Shown in pieces: positions 1 to 18,575 of a stretch of 64,000 nt of DNA. The notes under the pieces are model-generated. The model was not told where the DNA came from and did not search any database. It was given only the letters and a program-made list of their open reading frames with translations. Within the stretch, counting starts at the first letter, position 1; each line of letters starts with the position of its first letter. Source of the stretch: the human T2T-CHM13v2.0 reference genome, Homo sapiens. The position numbers and the translations under genes were made by a program. Where the stretch lies: assembly GCF_009914755.1 (NCBI RefSeq), contig NC_060927.1; one strand, written 5' to 3'.

Positions 1-537
1 CTAAGACACAAACACACATTAGCTTAGGCCTCCACAGGGTCAGGTCATCAATATCACTGTATCCCACTTCCTAATCTTGTTCCAATGGAAGGTCTTCAGT
101 GGCAATAACATGCAAGGATCTGTCATCTCCTGTGATAACAATCCTGCTTCTGGAATAACTCCAGAATGACCTGCCTTGTTTCACAGAGGTTGTTTTACGG
201 TTAACTTAAAAAAAAATAAGGATAAGGAGTATACTCTAAATAAGAAGCATAGAATAGTAAACACATAAACCAGTAACACAGTTATTTATTATCATCATCA
301 AGTATTATGTACTGTACATAATTGCATGTGCTATACTTTTATACAACCGGCAACACAATTAAGTTCGTTGACACCAGCATCACCACAAACAGGTCAGCAG
401 TGTGTTGTGCTACAATGTCGCAATGCCTATGAATCACTAGGCAATAGGAATTTTTTAGCTCAATTATAAATCTTGTGGACCACCGTTGTATATGCAGTCT
501 GTTGTTCACTGAAATGTCATTATGCAGGACATGACTG
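1..537 (-). mobile_element. Tigger3 (MER7/Golem) Tc1/mariner DNA transposon, one end
   Basis: Ends in the Tigger3 terminal inverted repeat (rc CAGTCATG..GCATAATGACATTTCAGTGAACAACAGACTGCATATACAACGGTGGTCC) followed by TA at 538-539; internal sequence matches recalled Tigger3b. Confidence 0.85.
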
Positions 538-749
538 TAGTAAAAAGCAGACTTCATTACTACTGAGAACTTCAAAAGGATATCCAAGAAATTAGAATGC
601 CAACACCCAGGATGAGAGATTATGGAGTTGTAAAGGAAACTGCTACAAACTTGAGAGGAATATTACAATAGTGTTAGGAAGGTGGAATTAGTAGCTAGCA
701 GCTGGCATGCTTTTAAATCTGACTTCTCTTTCTTAAAGACAAATAAGAT

Positions 750-1089
750 TGTCTTAGTCTGTTTATGCTGCTATAACAAAATACCACAAACTGTGTATCT
801 TATAAACAACAGATATTGGTTTCTTACAGTTCTGGAGGCTGGGAAGTCCAAGATCAAGGCAGATTTGGTGTCTGGTGAGGACCTGCTTTCAGACTCACAG
901 ACCGTGCCTTCTGACTGTGTTCTTACACGACGAAAGGGGCAAGGGATCTCTTTCAGACCTCTTTTGTAAGGACAGCAATCCCAATCATGAAGGCTGTGCT
1001 CCCATGACCTAATCACCTCCCCAAGGCCTCACATCTAAAACCATCAACTTATGAATTTTGTGGGGGACATCAGCATTCAGACCATAGTA
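750..1089 (-). mobile_element. MLT1A/MLT1A0 MaLR solo LTR
   Basis: TGTCTTAGTC..ATAACAAAATACCAC..TTCTGGAGGCTGGGAAGTCCAAGATCAAGG..CATTCAGACCATAG, the reverse complement of MLT1A-type consensus. Confidence 0.85.
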
Positions 1090-1939
1090 GGGATTAAAGG
1101 CAGCAAACAAAGAACTAGCTGAACTGGAGACAAAGAAATTATTCTGTGTCTGTGGAAGAATGGATTAAGAAAGAGTGGGCAAGCAAGGAGTAGGGACAAA
1201 GAGAGGAGGGTTGTTTTTGCATCTGGCCCTTAACTCAACAACTTTCTTTTGTATCTCTCCACTTTCAGGATTCACTGAGGTTGTTGGGCTCCTGTGGGAA
1301 TAGGTTAGGTGGACGCAATTATCATGGCTGATAAATAAATGGCATTATAGTGTCACAGTGAAGCTCAGCACTTGAGAATTCACAACACTGGGCAGTTTAT
1401 GAAGTACTTTCTCATGGGGTCTTATTTGTGCCTTCGATGACCTCTGAAGTGATATTGTCAAGAAGACTGGACAGACCTGTCATTTGACCAGCACCCCTTC
1501 TCCCTGTGAGGAGAAGGGGCATGGCAATCAAATCGTCATAAGCTGGCCCAGTGAGAATGGACCAAAGTCCCAGTGTTTAATGACATTAGGCAAATAGTTG
1601 GGCAGCACACTGGGCCGGTGAACTCTAAGGGCTGGGGCCTCCCTTTCTTGGGATATGCACTGTCAACTGTTGCCTCTGAGTCTCTCTATTATGGGGTCAA
1701 AGTAGAGCTCTCTCCCCCTTCTGATGGACACTTTTTTTGTTGTTGTTGATGTTGTTGCTGTCCTGATTAATGCCATGGATACAAATAAAGCCAGTTCATT
1801 GCTCTTGTTGCAGATGGCACGAAAAACATTTTGTCTCAGATGCCATTTGCACAAGTGACCTCATCCATTATGTATTGGTTTTATAATTTAGCCCAGCCTT
1901 TCAGATGCCCATGGAATGTCACCTACTCATGGGCATTAT

Positions 1940-2085
1940 TATTCACAGCTTATAAAAGGAAAACAAGGCTTAGAGAAGTTGGTATGGGAGATTTTTCAGA
2001 CATTTTTTTTCAGAGGTTCATGAAAGCCATAAATAAAGCCTCTCAGAAAATGGGAGAATCTAATGCAGGTTTATGACTCCAAACT
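1940..2085 (-). mobile_element. MIR SINE fragment
   Basis: Degenerate MIR core (GGAAAACAAGGCTTAGAGAAGTT..TGACTCCAAA). Confidence 0.45.
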
Positions 2086-2706
2086 CTGAGTTCTATGCAA
2101 CCTCATGCCTTCTCCACGTTGGTTCCCTGCAGAGTTAGAATGAGGAGATTCCCATTGTACTGCCTCTTTTATTGCACAATCATATCTGGATGTGCTATAT
2201 TGTTGTGTGAGGTTGGATGATGAGGAACAGGGAAGCTTGAGAGAAGTCTGGATAGAGAAGAGTAAACTTGAAGAAAGTAGGAACCAAACAAAGCAGGACT
2301 ATGGAGATGCGTACTTTCTCCCATCTTGGGGAAAAATGAATGATTTAGTGAAATAGAGGACTTGAGAGATAGGTGCAAAATGGGTGATGCCATGACCAGG
2401 ACCTGCAGTCTGACTTCCAGGCTGGGCTAGCCTAATCTTTGTCCATCATTTTTTCTTTCACTGGAGCACCTCTCCTGCTAATACATGGCTGTGTCACTGG
2501 GTGACAGAAGCTGTTGTCTTGCCATCAAGAACACTTGGAGGTGATGGGTAGGAGGCAGCTGCTGTCCCCAGAGGTTTGGAATGCAGCAGGAACAGCTCCC
2601 ACAGTGGTGTACACCCTGATTCATTTTCAATCTAAAATAATTAATGTTTGATCAACAGATTAAAAATGTAATTAGGAATGGGTGCATGTTCATTCAGATA
2701 GAATAA

Positions 2707-3085
<379 letters not shown>

Positions 3086-4616
3086 TCCTTTTTCTGTTGG
3101 AGTGTTTATCTTTGTCTGCCTTGGCCCTGGCAAGATTTTTTTTCTCCCATTATCATGATAGCAAGTGAATTAGTGAGTGTTTTAGATCACATCTTACCTC
3201 CAAGAAGAAAGGGGAGATAAAAATAATCTCATATTTGCTCCAGGTTTGGTCAGCTCATTCCTGCTATGCAAGCATGTTAAAAGCAACCACTATAAAAAGA
3301 AGAAATTAACTCTGCAAAGCCAAAACCCAGAATTATAAGAGATGCTCAGCAAATCTTCACTATGGTCAGGCTCTTGGGCTGGGCAGGTACCACCCGGGAA
3401 TGTAAGTGTGAAGTCAAGCATCCAAACACTGTGCCTGGGCCTAAGCAGACTCCATATGGGACTAGCTCCTTTCCTCACTCCCTGGTTCTGATGGAAAGTC
3501 ATGGATGCTTGGCCTAGCTGTGATGATATGATGTGGAAATTTCAGTGTCCTGAGCAGAGGTGCTGGGAAAGGAATGGTAAAAGTTCCCTGGGGCAGTGTG
3601 GGCAATAGAGCAATTACCATGCTTCCCACTGGACTTCACAAGAGCCTCAGAATCCAGATGATCCTCTTCTGCCCTTCTCTAGAGGATAAGCCTTGCTGCT
3701 TTCCCAGGGAACCATAATTCTTCAGCACTTGATGGTGAAATTGTCTGTTTTTCAGCATCTCAGTTCCACAATTGCACCTCATTTACAGTATTGCTTAAGT
3801 GTCCCTGAGGGCCCCTGCAGAGCCACCAGAGAGTTTGTCCACAAAGAGAAAACTCTTCAAGCCTTTACCTCCCAGGATCTTACTGCATCTGCTGGCCTAT
3901 CTGGTAGAAAAGCTGTAGGATTTTGACTTACATTTTTTTGGGGGGAGGGAGTAGAGTCACTAGGGGGTTGGCTTGAGCCGGGATGAGCGGAGAACCCATG
4001 GAAACAACTTAAGCCAACTTGATTTCTTTCAGAATCCCATGTGCTCACTCAAAGATTGCATGGGATTTACTGTTAAGGAACCAGGTGAGTCAAAATCTTT
4101 CTAAAGAGATTCTGAAAAATATCTCTTATTATTTCTTATTAAATTTAAATAACTCTTTTTGGGATTATAAATAAACTTTTCATTACTCACTTGAAGGTAA
4201 TAAATCCTGTGATTATTCTGCTCTGAAGTATTATGTCCCAGCTTGCCTTTTCCTGCCATCCAACTTGTGCCTAGCTTTACCTCACCCACCACCAGTTGGT
4301 ATGTGTTTAAGAAATGAAAAAGAATTTTAATATATGCCAAGGTAAAATATAATTAGTCTTGTAAATCTTCTGTTTAAAAGGGCATGAACAAATTCCCCAG
4401 ACTAAATAGAAATTACTTCTGGATTGTCTTCTATTTTCAATTATTTCTATTATCTGTCCCTTTTTTTTTATCATGGGTAATCAAAAGTTGATCATATTTT
4501 CAAGAAACTGAGCCAAAACAAAGCAGAGTAAACAAAAAACCATAATCAGGGGACAAGGTAGGGGGGAAAATGTGAATGAGCCATATAGATGCTTTGTGCA
4601 TCAACTGTGTGTTTAT

Positions 4617-4647
4617 CTATCCATCCATTCATCCATCCATCCATCCA
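4617..4647. repeat. (CCAT)n microsatellite
   Basis: Direct tandem CCAT units. Confidence 0.85.
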
Positions 4648-5472
4648 CTATTTAGTTTGTCTGTACATGTGAAGTATGATTCTTAGAGCTGGATATCAGG
4701 GTAGAAATCCCAAAGGCTTTAAAGTTACAATGGCCTGGGTTATAATTTTGACTTTAAATTTATGCTAGTTGTGAGTTCTACAAAACTCACGATTTCTGCA
4801 GCCTCAGGTTGCTCATCTCTACAATGGGTTTCCAAACCCCTCCTTTACAGGGGTTTGCTATTATGTACCTGGAACAATACCTTGTATATACGAGTTTCAT
4901 AAATATTGTCTCTCTTGTTTCACGTTTCCTTATCCTTCTCCTGATTAACTGATAGGCACCTTGAAGAAAAGTCACATTAAAATGGAGCTTACCCAGACCT
5001 TCCTGTCTTGTCGTTTTTGTTAAGAGAAGTAATTGAAGAAAATAACAGTGAACAATGTGGCACATAAGACGGCCCAATGCACTCTAAAAGTTAATGTTTT
5101 CCAAGGATGTCTCATACCCCAGAAGATGAGACTCAAGCTTGCAGACCTGGAGCATCCTGGGATCTTGGCCAAGCCAAACATCCATGAGATGCCAACCATG
5201 CATTCCGTTATACTGGACTGGTCTTGTGGAGCTGCTGCCCAGCATCTCCCTTACACTAGATGGAGCTACCATTCCATTATATGTTAAATTCCAGAGTTCA
5301 ACAGGTGTGATTTCCTATTCCCATTCTATTAGTCCCTGTTAGAATCTGTTAGAACTAATCTCAACATGCCATCCAGCTGAGTTTGCCTCAGTGACTGTCA
5401 AGTGCCTGAGTCTCTCTGGCATTCTATCCTCAACTGTACTTTTATACTCTGTGGTTCTATTCCTCCCTTATT

Positions 5473-5681
5473 CCGGGATTTCTTAACCCAAGGTTTCCAG
5501 CACTATTGGCATTTTGGGCTGGTTAACTCTTTGTTATGGGAGGCTGTCCTGTGCATGTTTAGTAGCATCCCTGACTTCCACTCACTGGGTGCTGGTAATA
5601 TGCCCTCAGCTATGACAACCAAAATGTTTCCAGGCCTTTCCAAATTTGGGGGGCAATATTGCCCCTGATTGGGAACTGCTG
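5473..5681 (-). mobile_element. MER20 hAT-Charlie DNA transposon
   Basis: GCACTATTGGCATTTTGGGCTGG..GGCTGTCCTGTGCAT..TGACAACCAAAATG..GGGGGCAATATTGCCCCTGATTGGGAACTGCTG matches reverse MER20. Confidence 0.85.
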
Positions 5682-5729
5682 TTCTAATCTAACCCACACC
5701 TTCCATTATGCCCTCCGAAAGTGAAGTGT

Positions 5730-6180
5730 CACCAGGAAACTCATCTCTAACCTCGTCTCTGAATTTTTCTGTTTCCTTTCTCCAATTGGAACTTGGTATT
5801 CCCTTGGTTGTCTCAAATGGAGGCTGTTTCGTCTCCAACACAGTACCTACCTAAGAGCCAGGAGGTGAAATAAGTGTCCTCTTTGCTCCCCACTGATGCT
5901 TTGAAACAGGCATTTACCTTACAGCCCACAAAATCTGCCCCTTTCAAGCTTATAACATCTGGTAATGCTATTCTTTTCTACTCTTTCGTGTATGGTCCAC
6001 TGACTGCCTCATCTCTCCCCCTTATTCACAGGAGAATTCAGTACTTGGTTACTTTCTTATTCTTCTAAACACTTCCTAAACACTGCCATCATTCTCAGTG
6101 TTTTTAGCATCCACACTGATGACTCCAACACCATGACCTCTTTGTTTCTGGCCTGATTTTCAATGACCAGTTAAATTACC
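5730..6180 (+). mobile_element. L2 ORF2 (endonuclease-region) relic
   Basis: GGAGGTGAAATAAGTGTCCTCTTTGCTCCCCACTG resembles the L2 ORF2 N-terminal region; heavily diverged. Confidence 0.4.
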
Positions 6181-6189
6181 AAATAAATG

Positions 6190-6650
6190 ATGGAACACTG
6201 AAAACGTACCAGGCACTGTTCTAGATCCAAGGGCTACAGGAGCAATGGAATAGATATGATTTCTGCTCTCATAGAGTTTACATTATTAGAGTGGAGAAGT
6301 GCAAACAATATGCAAATAAATATATGAAAATTTCATTTTGATAGTTGCTATTAAAGGAATAAGCAGGCTCTTGTGGATAGGGAACAAGAGGGTTGGAGGG
6401 ATGAATTTGCATAGCGGGGCAAGGAAAATCTTTTCTGAGGTGGTAAAATGTTGAGTTGAGACTTGAGAGATGAAAAGGTGTTGACCATGCAAACAGCAAT
6501 GGGAGGAAAAATTCAGGAAGAAATGGGAAGTCCAAAGGCTTTGGGGGTGGTAATGAACATGGAATTCAAGGAATAGAAAGTTGGCCTGCATGTCTGGGGA
6601 GTAGTAAGTGAGAGAGAGTGGTACTGGAAGAGATGAGTTTATGAGGTAGA
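6190..6650 (-). mobile_element. L2a 3' fragment
   Basis: CCAGGCACTGTTCTAG..TTCTGCTCTCATAGAGTTTACATT..CTGAGGTGGTAAAATGTTGAGTTGAGACTTGA, typical antisense L2 3' end. Confidence 0.75.
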
Positions 6651-6759
6651 TATGTGTGCCTTTGTTGATTTGGTTGTTTGTATCTCATGTGCAGAAAATT
6701 GAGTTGATTATTCTCAGTTTATGACACCATGTCATTGTTGGTCTAATGGCTGCCCTTTT

Positions 6760-7557
6760 TAATTTTTAAATGTATTTTTCCTCTTTATCCCCAATTTTCA
6801 ATCTAATTTTCCTACCTCCCATATGCTTCCATTTTGTGTATTTTTTGTATATATCTTTCTATTCTACTTTCCATACATCTGTTTACATACATAGTAATAT
6901 ATGTATGTAATACATATAGAAATATACATAGAAATATCTTCTGACCTGCTCCACACTGAGCTCATTGTTCTCCAGGATTGTTGCACAGTTGTGTCTTGGG
7001 ATCTCTCTTCACTATCACCCTGAGAATGTCTTTCATTTCTGGGTTTTCTTGCCTTCCTCTTTCTTGGCCTACTCTTTTGTTTTTGCGGAACACATCCTAC
7101 TGAGAAACGATAGATATTTTACTGAGAGTGTTATATGACAGAAAATGTCCTTATCTTCACACTTAATTATAACTTTGGATATAAAATTCTTGATTGGAAA
7201 TTATTTCCCCTCACAATTCTGATGACATTGCACATTGATTTCCAGCGTCTGGTAGTGCTTTTGAGAAGTTCAATGTTATTTGGATCCTTGATGCTTTGTA
7301 TACAGGAAGCATTTTTTTCCTGCTCAGGAATGTATAACTTCTTCTCTTTACTTCCCAAGTCTTGCAATTTTTAAATGATGGGTCATAGTGTGGGTCAGTT
7401 GTTTTCTTGTGTGCTGAGTACTTTGTGAACCTTTCAATTTGGAAACTCGAATCTTTCAGTGCCTGGCTAGTTCCTTGAATTATTTTATTGATGATTTCTT
7501 TCCACCATGTTCTTTGTTCTCTCTTTCCAGAGTGCCTGCTGTTTGGAGTCATTCTTA
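6760..7557 (-). mobile_element. HAL1 (half-L1) old LINE, segment left of the L1PA insertion
   Basis: CTTGGGATCTCTCTTCACTATCACCCTGAG..GAAAATGTCCTTATC..ATAAAATTCTTGATTGGAAATTATTTCCCCTCA; minus translation is ORF1-like (EIINKIIQ..SFQIER). Confidence 0.7.
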
Positions 7558-7759
7558 TCTTTTCTCTTTATTTCTTTTTTTAAAATTTTACTTTAAGTTC
7601 TGGGATACATGTGCAGAACATGCAGGTTTGTTACATAGGTATACGTGTGCCATGGTGGTTTGCTACACCTACTGACCTGTCCTCTAACTTCCCTCCCTTT
7701 GCTCCCCATCCCCAGACAGGCCCCCGTGTGTGATGTTCCCCTCCCTGTGTCCATGTGTT

Positions 7760-11972
<4,213 letters not shown>

Positions 11973-11994
11973 CATGATGCTATCTACACACTAG

Positions 11995-13346
<1,352 letters not shown>

Positions 13347-14665
13347 CTTCATGAGTTTGTCTAGTTTTGATCTTTGAGGCTTCTGACCCTTGGTTGGAGT
13401 TTTTGTGGGGACTTTTTTTGTTGTTGATGCTGTTGTTGCTTTCTGTTTGTTTTTCTTTCAATGGTCAGGTCCTTCTTCTATAGGGCTGCTGTGGTTTGCT
13501 GGGGGTTCATTTCGGGCCCTATTCATCTGGTTGGCTCCTGTGCCTGGAGATGTCACTCAAGGAGGCTGGAAAGCAGCAAAGATGGGTGCCTGCTTCTTCT
13601 TCTGGGATCTCTGACCTCGAGAGGCACCAACCTAATGCCAGTAGGATCACTCCTGTGTAGGGTGTCTGACAACTCCTGTTGGAGGGTCTCAGCCAGTTGG
13701 GTGGCATGGGGAAGAGGACTTGTTTAATGAAGCACTTTGACTGTCCTTGGAGAGGGTGTGCTTTGTTGGGCGGGGGAGCCCACTCATCTGGGCTGCCCGG
13801 ATTCCTCAGAACTACCAGGAGGAAAGGCTAAGTCTACTGGTCCGCAGAGACTGCAGCCACCCCTCCCTCTAGGGGCTCAGGCCCAGGGAGATGAGGGTTC
13901 TGTCCCTGAGCCTCTGGCTAGAGTTGGAGTTCTTGCAGGGAGGCCCTGCCCAGTGAGGAAGGATGGGTCCGGGTCAGGCCTGAAGAGGTGCTCTGGCTAC
14001 AGTCTGCACAGTGGTGTGTTGGGCTGTGGGGGACATCTCTTGGGACTAAGCAGTCCAGCTTCCCTGGCTCCAGCAGGGGAAAAGTGTGGCCTGGAACTAT
14101 AGAGATGGATGCCGCCCTTCCCCCACCCAGGGAGCTTAGTGTGTTAGGCAGTTCTGAGTCTCAGTGCTGGCTGCTGCCCCTCCCACAAAGGAGCTCAAAG
14201 GGCTTAGAGAACAGGTAGCTGCAGCTGTGGTGCTGGTCGCCCCTTCCCCTGGGAACTCAGCAGGCTTAAGCAGATTCTAGCTGAGTGGCTGTTGAGAATC
14301 TGCATGGCTTTGGGGTTGGGACCCAAGGCCCCGGTGGCGTGGGTTTGCGAGTGGGATCTTCCGATTCGTGGGTTGCACAGTTTTGTGGAAAAAGCACTGT
14401 TTCCCCAGCTGGGTAGCATGCTCACTCACTGCCTCCCTTGGCTGGGGGGGTGGGGGCTCCTTTGCCCCAAGTGGCTCTCAGGTGGGCTGCTGCACCACAC
14501 TGCTCTTCCTTCTTCTCCGTGGATCATGCCAGCCACCTAGTCAGTTCTGATGAGAACCTGGATACTTTGGTTGTCGGTGCAGGATTCACATGGTATTATA
14601 GTTCTTTTCAAATGGAGCCTATGATCGCTGCTGCTTCTAGTTGGCCATCTTGGCCCCGTCCCCAC
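13347..14665 (-). promoter_or_regulatory. L1 5'UTR internal promoter with YY1 site
   Basis: GC-rich L1PA 5'UTR; YY1 core CAAGATGGCC on minus strand at 14643-14652. Confidence 0.75.
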
Positions 14666-14681
14666 TCTTTTCCCTCTGTTT

Positions 14682-15024
14682 GTCCATTGCTGTAATTTCT
14701 GGGAGGTTTTCTCAACTTCACTTTCCAAGACTTCTATTGGGGTTTTCATTTCTGTTGTATTATTAATTTCCAAAGGGCTCTGTTTTTCTTCTTTGAATAT
14801 TTTAAAATACATTCTTTTCTTTTTAATACATATAGTATTTTCTCTGAAGATATTAATGATAGTTTTTAAAAGAGTTTATCTTCTTGCATAGTCTCTACTT
14901 TCTCTAATTTTTCCCCTGCATGTTTGTTGTCTTTTTTATTATTCATGTTACAAGCTTTCCTCACAAGGTATCTTGTTAACTTGATCATCTGCTGATAATT
15001 AAGAAGAGCATCAAAAAGCTCATT
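14682..15024 (-). mobile_element. HAL1 continuation
   Basis: Minus translation EINNTTEMKTPIEVLESEVEKTSQK (ORF1 coiled-coil-like); AAGAAGAGCATCAAAAAGCT resembles recalled HAL1. Confidence 0.65.
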
Positions 15025-15231
15025 AAAAAAATTCAGATCATATGAGGGGAATATTTTGGGGAATATGGAATCCCTTATAATAGACTTGCTTACTCTGCCT
15101 GCTTGGGAATCTCTCCCAAGTGGTACCTGCTTTCCACAGATTCCCTCCTTTCCCCATTTCTGAATCACAGATTATATGCCCCAGATTGTTTTTCAGCAGT
15201 TCCAAGATTTTAAAAATTGTTTCTCTTTTGA

Positions 15232-15568
15232 GAAATTGGTGAATGAAAGCAGCCAGATGCTCCCTGACCACCAAAAGAGTACATACTGTAGGATTCTATT
15301 TATATAAAATTCTAGAAAAAGCAAACTAATCCATAGTGTTAGAAAACAGATTAGCAGTTGTCCAACGTCAGGGGAGGAGGAAGAAATGGATTCCAAAAGG
15401 GCCTGAGGAAACTATTAGGAGTGATAGAAATGTTCATTGTCTTGATTTTGGTAAAAGCTTAATGAGTATATACATCTGTGAGAACTCATTACATTGTACA
15501 CTTTAAATATGTGCAGTTTATTGTATATCAATTATACCACAATTAAGTTGTAACAAAAAGAAAGAGAA
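15232..15568 (+). mobile_element. L1MD/L1ME-type 3' end
   Basis: GAAAGCAGCCAGA..TACATACTGTAGGATTCTATTTATATAAAATTCTAGAAAA..TGTACACTTTAAATATGTGCAGTTTATTGTAT..A-rich tail. Confidence 0.85.
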
Positions 15569-15580
15569 AAAAAGCTCATT

Positions 15581-15915
15581 TGAAGTTCTATGTTGCCATT
15601 CATGGGTTTCACCATAGTTTGAAGATTGTACCATTTCACTGGGGAAATCCTGATGGCAGTATCTTTAGACCTTCTCTATTAGACTGGCTAGAATCTTGAG
15701 AAGGGGTTTAGGTCCGCTGGTTGAAGGATTCAGCTTGACTGACAGTACCCTGGAATGTAAGGTGGGCTGGAGTCTGGGAAAGGGAGAAGAGATTGAATTT
15801 CCACATTTAATGAAGGCTTTTTAGTTAATGCTCATGTTTTTGGTACAGTAAGTTTGTCCCTCAATTGTTTCTGGTTTCTCCAATCCAGAGATTTCCACTT
15901 TTATCCTCTTTGGAG
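15581..15915 (-). mobile_element. HAL1 continuation (also ~16433-16590)
   Basis: GAAGTTCTATG..CATTTCACTGGGGAAATCCTGATGGCAGTATCTTTAGACCTTCTCT resembles the HAL1 5' region. Confidence 0.55.
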
Positions 15916-16432
15916 GATTGATTCTTAATGTATGGTTTGTGGACCCCTAGGGGGTCCCTGAGACTTTTTCAGGGGGTCAGCAAGATGATAGCTGTTTTTA
16001 TAATAACACCAAGACTGTATTTGCCCCTTCCATTCTCATTCAGGTGTGTACAGTGAAGTTTTTCAGAGGCTACATGATGTGTGATATCATAAGAGATTGA
16101 ATGCAGAAGCAGACAGTAGATTGGCTATCTTCTATTAAGCCAGTTATTAATGAGATTTGAAAAATATAAAATAATGCCACTCTTCTAGCTAAAGTTTTTC
16201 TGATTTGGAAAATAAAGTTGTTTTTCAGAAAATATTTATGTTAATGTGGAATGGGTTTATTATTTTTATTTTTGAAGTGAATTAATAAATGAATATTTTA
16301 AATACTTCAGTTTTAATTTATCCTATGACAAATATCAGTATTTGTAATCATCATAAACTAAAGCTCTTTGGGGTCCTCAGTGATTCTGAAGACTGTAAAA
16401 TAGGCCTGAGACTAAAAATTTGAGAACTGTTG
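15916..16432 (+). mobile_element. Charlie1b hAT DNA transposon
   Basis: GGACCCCTAGGGGGTCCCTGAGAC..CAGAGGCTACATGATGTGTGATATC..GATTGAATGCAGAAGCAGA..AAGCTCTTTGGGGTCCTCA..TTTGAGAACTGTTG; ~520 bp. Confidence 0.85.
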
Positions 16433-16599
16433 CTCTAAAGTATAAACATCCAGAGTTGGGTGAGGGTGGATATAGTCTCCAGGTTAGATGAAATTGGGGA
16501 GGGATCCAAGGGCTCTAACTTCTTTTTGAACAAGAAACCCTTTGCTTCTTTTCTCTCCTTTATCCCTTTCTCTCAGAGGTTCCTGATAGCATAGATAGC

Positions 16600-16755
16600 A
16601 AAGCCGAGAGGCAGACAGAGCTTGTGTCCCTGAAGACATTAAGCTGATGAATCAGCCAGCTCTGAAGGCTGATCTACCTCTGGAGATGCTTCCTGTTATA
16701 CAAGATAATACATTTTGTTTGGTTGAGGTGGTTGTTAATTTCAGCTGAAAACATA
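16600..16755 (+). mobile_element. MLT1J/K-type LTR 3' fragment
   Basis: GTCCCTGAAGACATTAAGCTGATGAATCAGCC..CTACCTCTGGA..TATACAAGATAATACATT. Confidence 0.45.
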
Positions 16756-16920
16756 ATGGAAGCCAAGAAGGGAGTGTGTTTCAGGAAGCTGGGACTGAAG
16801 TCTTCTTTGTTGTTGATGAAGACTAAAAGTTTTCCTGGGATTTGGCTATATGGAGGCCATAGGTGACTTTGGCAGGTTGTTTTCAGTGGAGCAGTGGTGG
16901 TAGAAACCAGATTATAGTAG
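16755..16920 (-). mobile_element. L2 fragment
   Basis: GGATTTGGCTATATGGAGGCCATAGGTGACTTTGGCAG..TTTCAGTGGAGCAGTGG. Confidence 0.6.
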
Positions 16921-17945
16921 CTTCTGGCATACCCCCTCTCCTGATGTTGTTCCTCTTTGTCTTTTAAAAGTTTCCTTTATCTTTCCTCTTGACCAGACCA
17001 CAAAATATCAGGGTTCTTCTCAGTTTAGTTTGGGGTGTCATCTCCTCTCTCTATTCTTTTTCTTGATGTCATCCATTCCCATATGTCTAAATGTTGTTTT
17101 TATGCTAGTGTTACCTCAGATTTATATTTCCAGCCCAGCCGAGATCTCTCTGTCTGTATTGCAGAATCACATATCCAACTGCTCACCTGCCATCTGCAGC
17201 TGAATGTTTCTTAGATATCTTAGATTTAACCTGCCCAAAGCAGATGTCTTGATCTGCCCTTCACCTGCCCTGCTCCCTTCCCTCAGTTTTCTCTTTCTCG
17301 GTTCACAGAACCGACATCCACCCAACTACTCAAGCCAAAAACCAAAGCATCATCCTTGATTTCCCTCTTCCCTTCACTTCCTGTTTCTAATCCATTAGGA
17401 AATTTTATTGAGTCAATCTGCAAAATATAACTGGAGTCCTCTCTTTCCTCTCTGTCCAATATCATCTTCTTGACCTGCATCACTAACATTTCTTGCCTGC
17501 ATTATTGCAGCAGACTCCCAGCTGGCTCTGCCTTCATTCTCGCTCTACTTCCATTATTGCTCTCTTCCACCCAGCAGGCAGAATGCTCTTGTAAAAATAC
17601 ACAGTGTTGACCACATTGCTCTTCTTGCTTTAAATTCGTCAATCGGTTTTTGTCTTTAAAATAAAATCCAGACTTCTTTTCATGACTTATAAGACCTGGC
17701 ATGATCTGACCCCTGCCATTTTCATCAGCCTAATTGTGTGTGCTCCTCAGTCTAGCTGCACTGGTCTTTTAGCTTCTTGAACAAACTGCTTACTTTCAGA
17801 TACCCTTCCCCATTCCTTGTGACTTAACTGGTTACTTGTGTTCTCTTAAGTCTCAGCTTAAATGTAATTTCTTCAGTAAAGTATTTCCATCCACTTTACC
17901 TAAAGTCAGTTTCCCTTACGATATTCTCCTACTCAGCTCTTTGTT
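16921..17945 (+). mobile_element. L2a 3' ~1 kb
   Basis: TATGCTAGTGTTACCTCAGATTTATATTTCCAGCCCAG..ATATCCAACTGC..CTCAAGCCAAAA..CATCCTTGATTTCCCTC..CTCAGCTTAAATGT. Confidence 0.85.
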
Positions 17946-18469
17946 TTGTTTACTTTTAAACGTTATTTTTTTTTGTTTCATTGCATAAATAAAAATTTGG
18001 ACTTATCATATAAAACTGTTTATTTCTAGGTTGTGTCTGGCTGCACAGGTAGAAATGATCTCACATTTGCTAAGTTGCTGTCAGGTGACAAGGTTGTTCC
18101 CATTACAGCCTTGGGTGCCTCATAAGGGGCTGGGGATTTGTGTCTTAGAAGAGTTTGGTAAGTCTTGTTAACTCAGGGGAAAAATAGCAGGAAACACATG
18201 AGAGACCATACTGATTCTTAGAATTCCAGAATAATTATTTTTGAACTTGCCCAACTGAAGCCATTAGAGATTTATTTAATAATGTTAGATTCCTTCAATG
18301 ATTCAGTCTTTTGTCTCAGATTTACTGGGGATGTTACTGAACTGAGTGTCTGTGACTCCTCATTCTGGTTTTTAATAACAAGGAATCAATAACTTGTTCC
18401 CATTCTTTGAAATCTGCAGCTAAAGTGTATCTGAAGGGCCACCAGAGAGGAGAAAACAGAGACCTAACC

Positions 18470-18575
18470 CTTGATATTGTCAATCTTTTAAATTGTATCC
18501 ATTCTGGTGGGTATAAAGTAATAGCTCATTGTGGCTTTAATTTACACTTCCCTGATGACTAATGAACTTGAGTAC
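18470..18575 (-). mobile_element. L1M fragment
   Basis: CCATTCTGGTGGGTATAAAGTAATAGCTCATTGTGGCTTTAATTTACACTTCCCTGATGACTAATGA. Confidence 0.7.

Noticed and set aside
4085-4092. Isolated AP-1 (TGAGTCA) sites here and elsewhere
   Set aside because: A 7-bp motif is expected several times by chance in 64 kb; no supporting cluster
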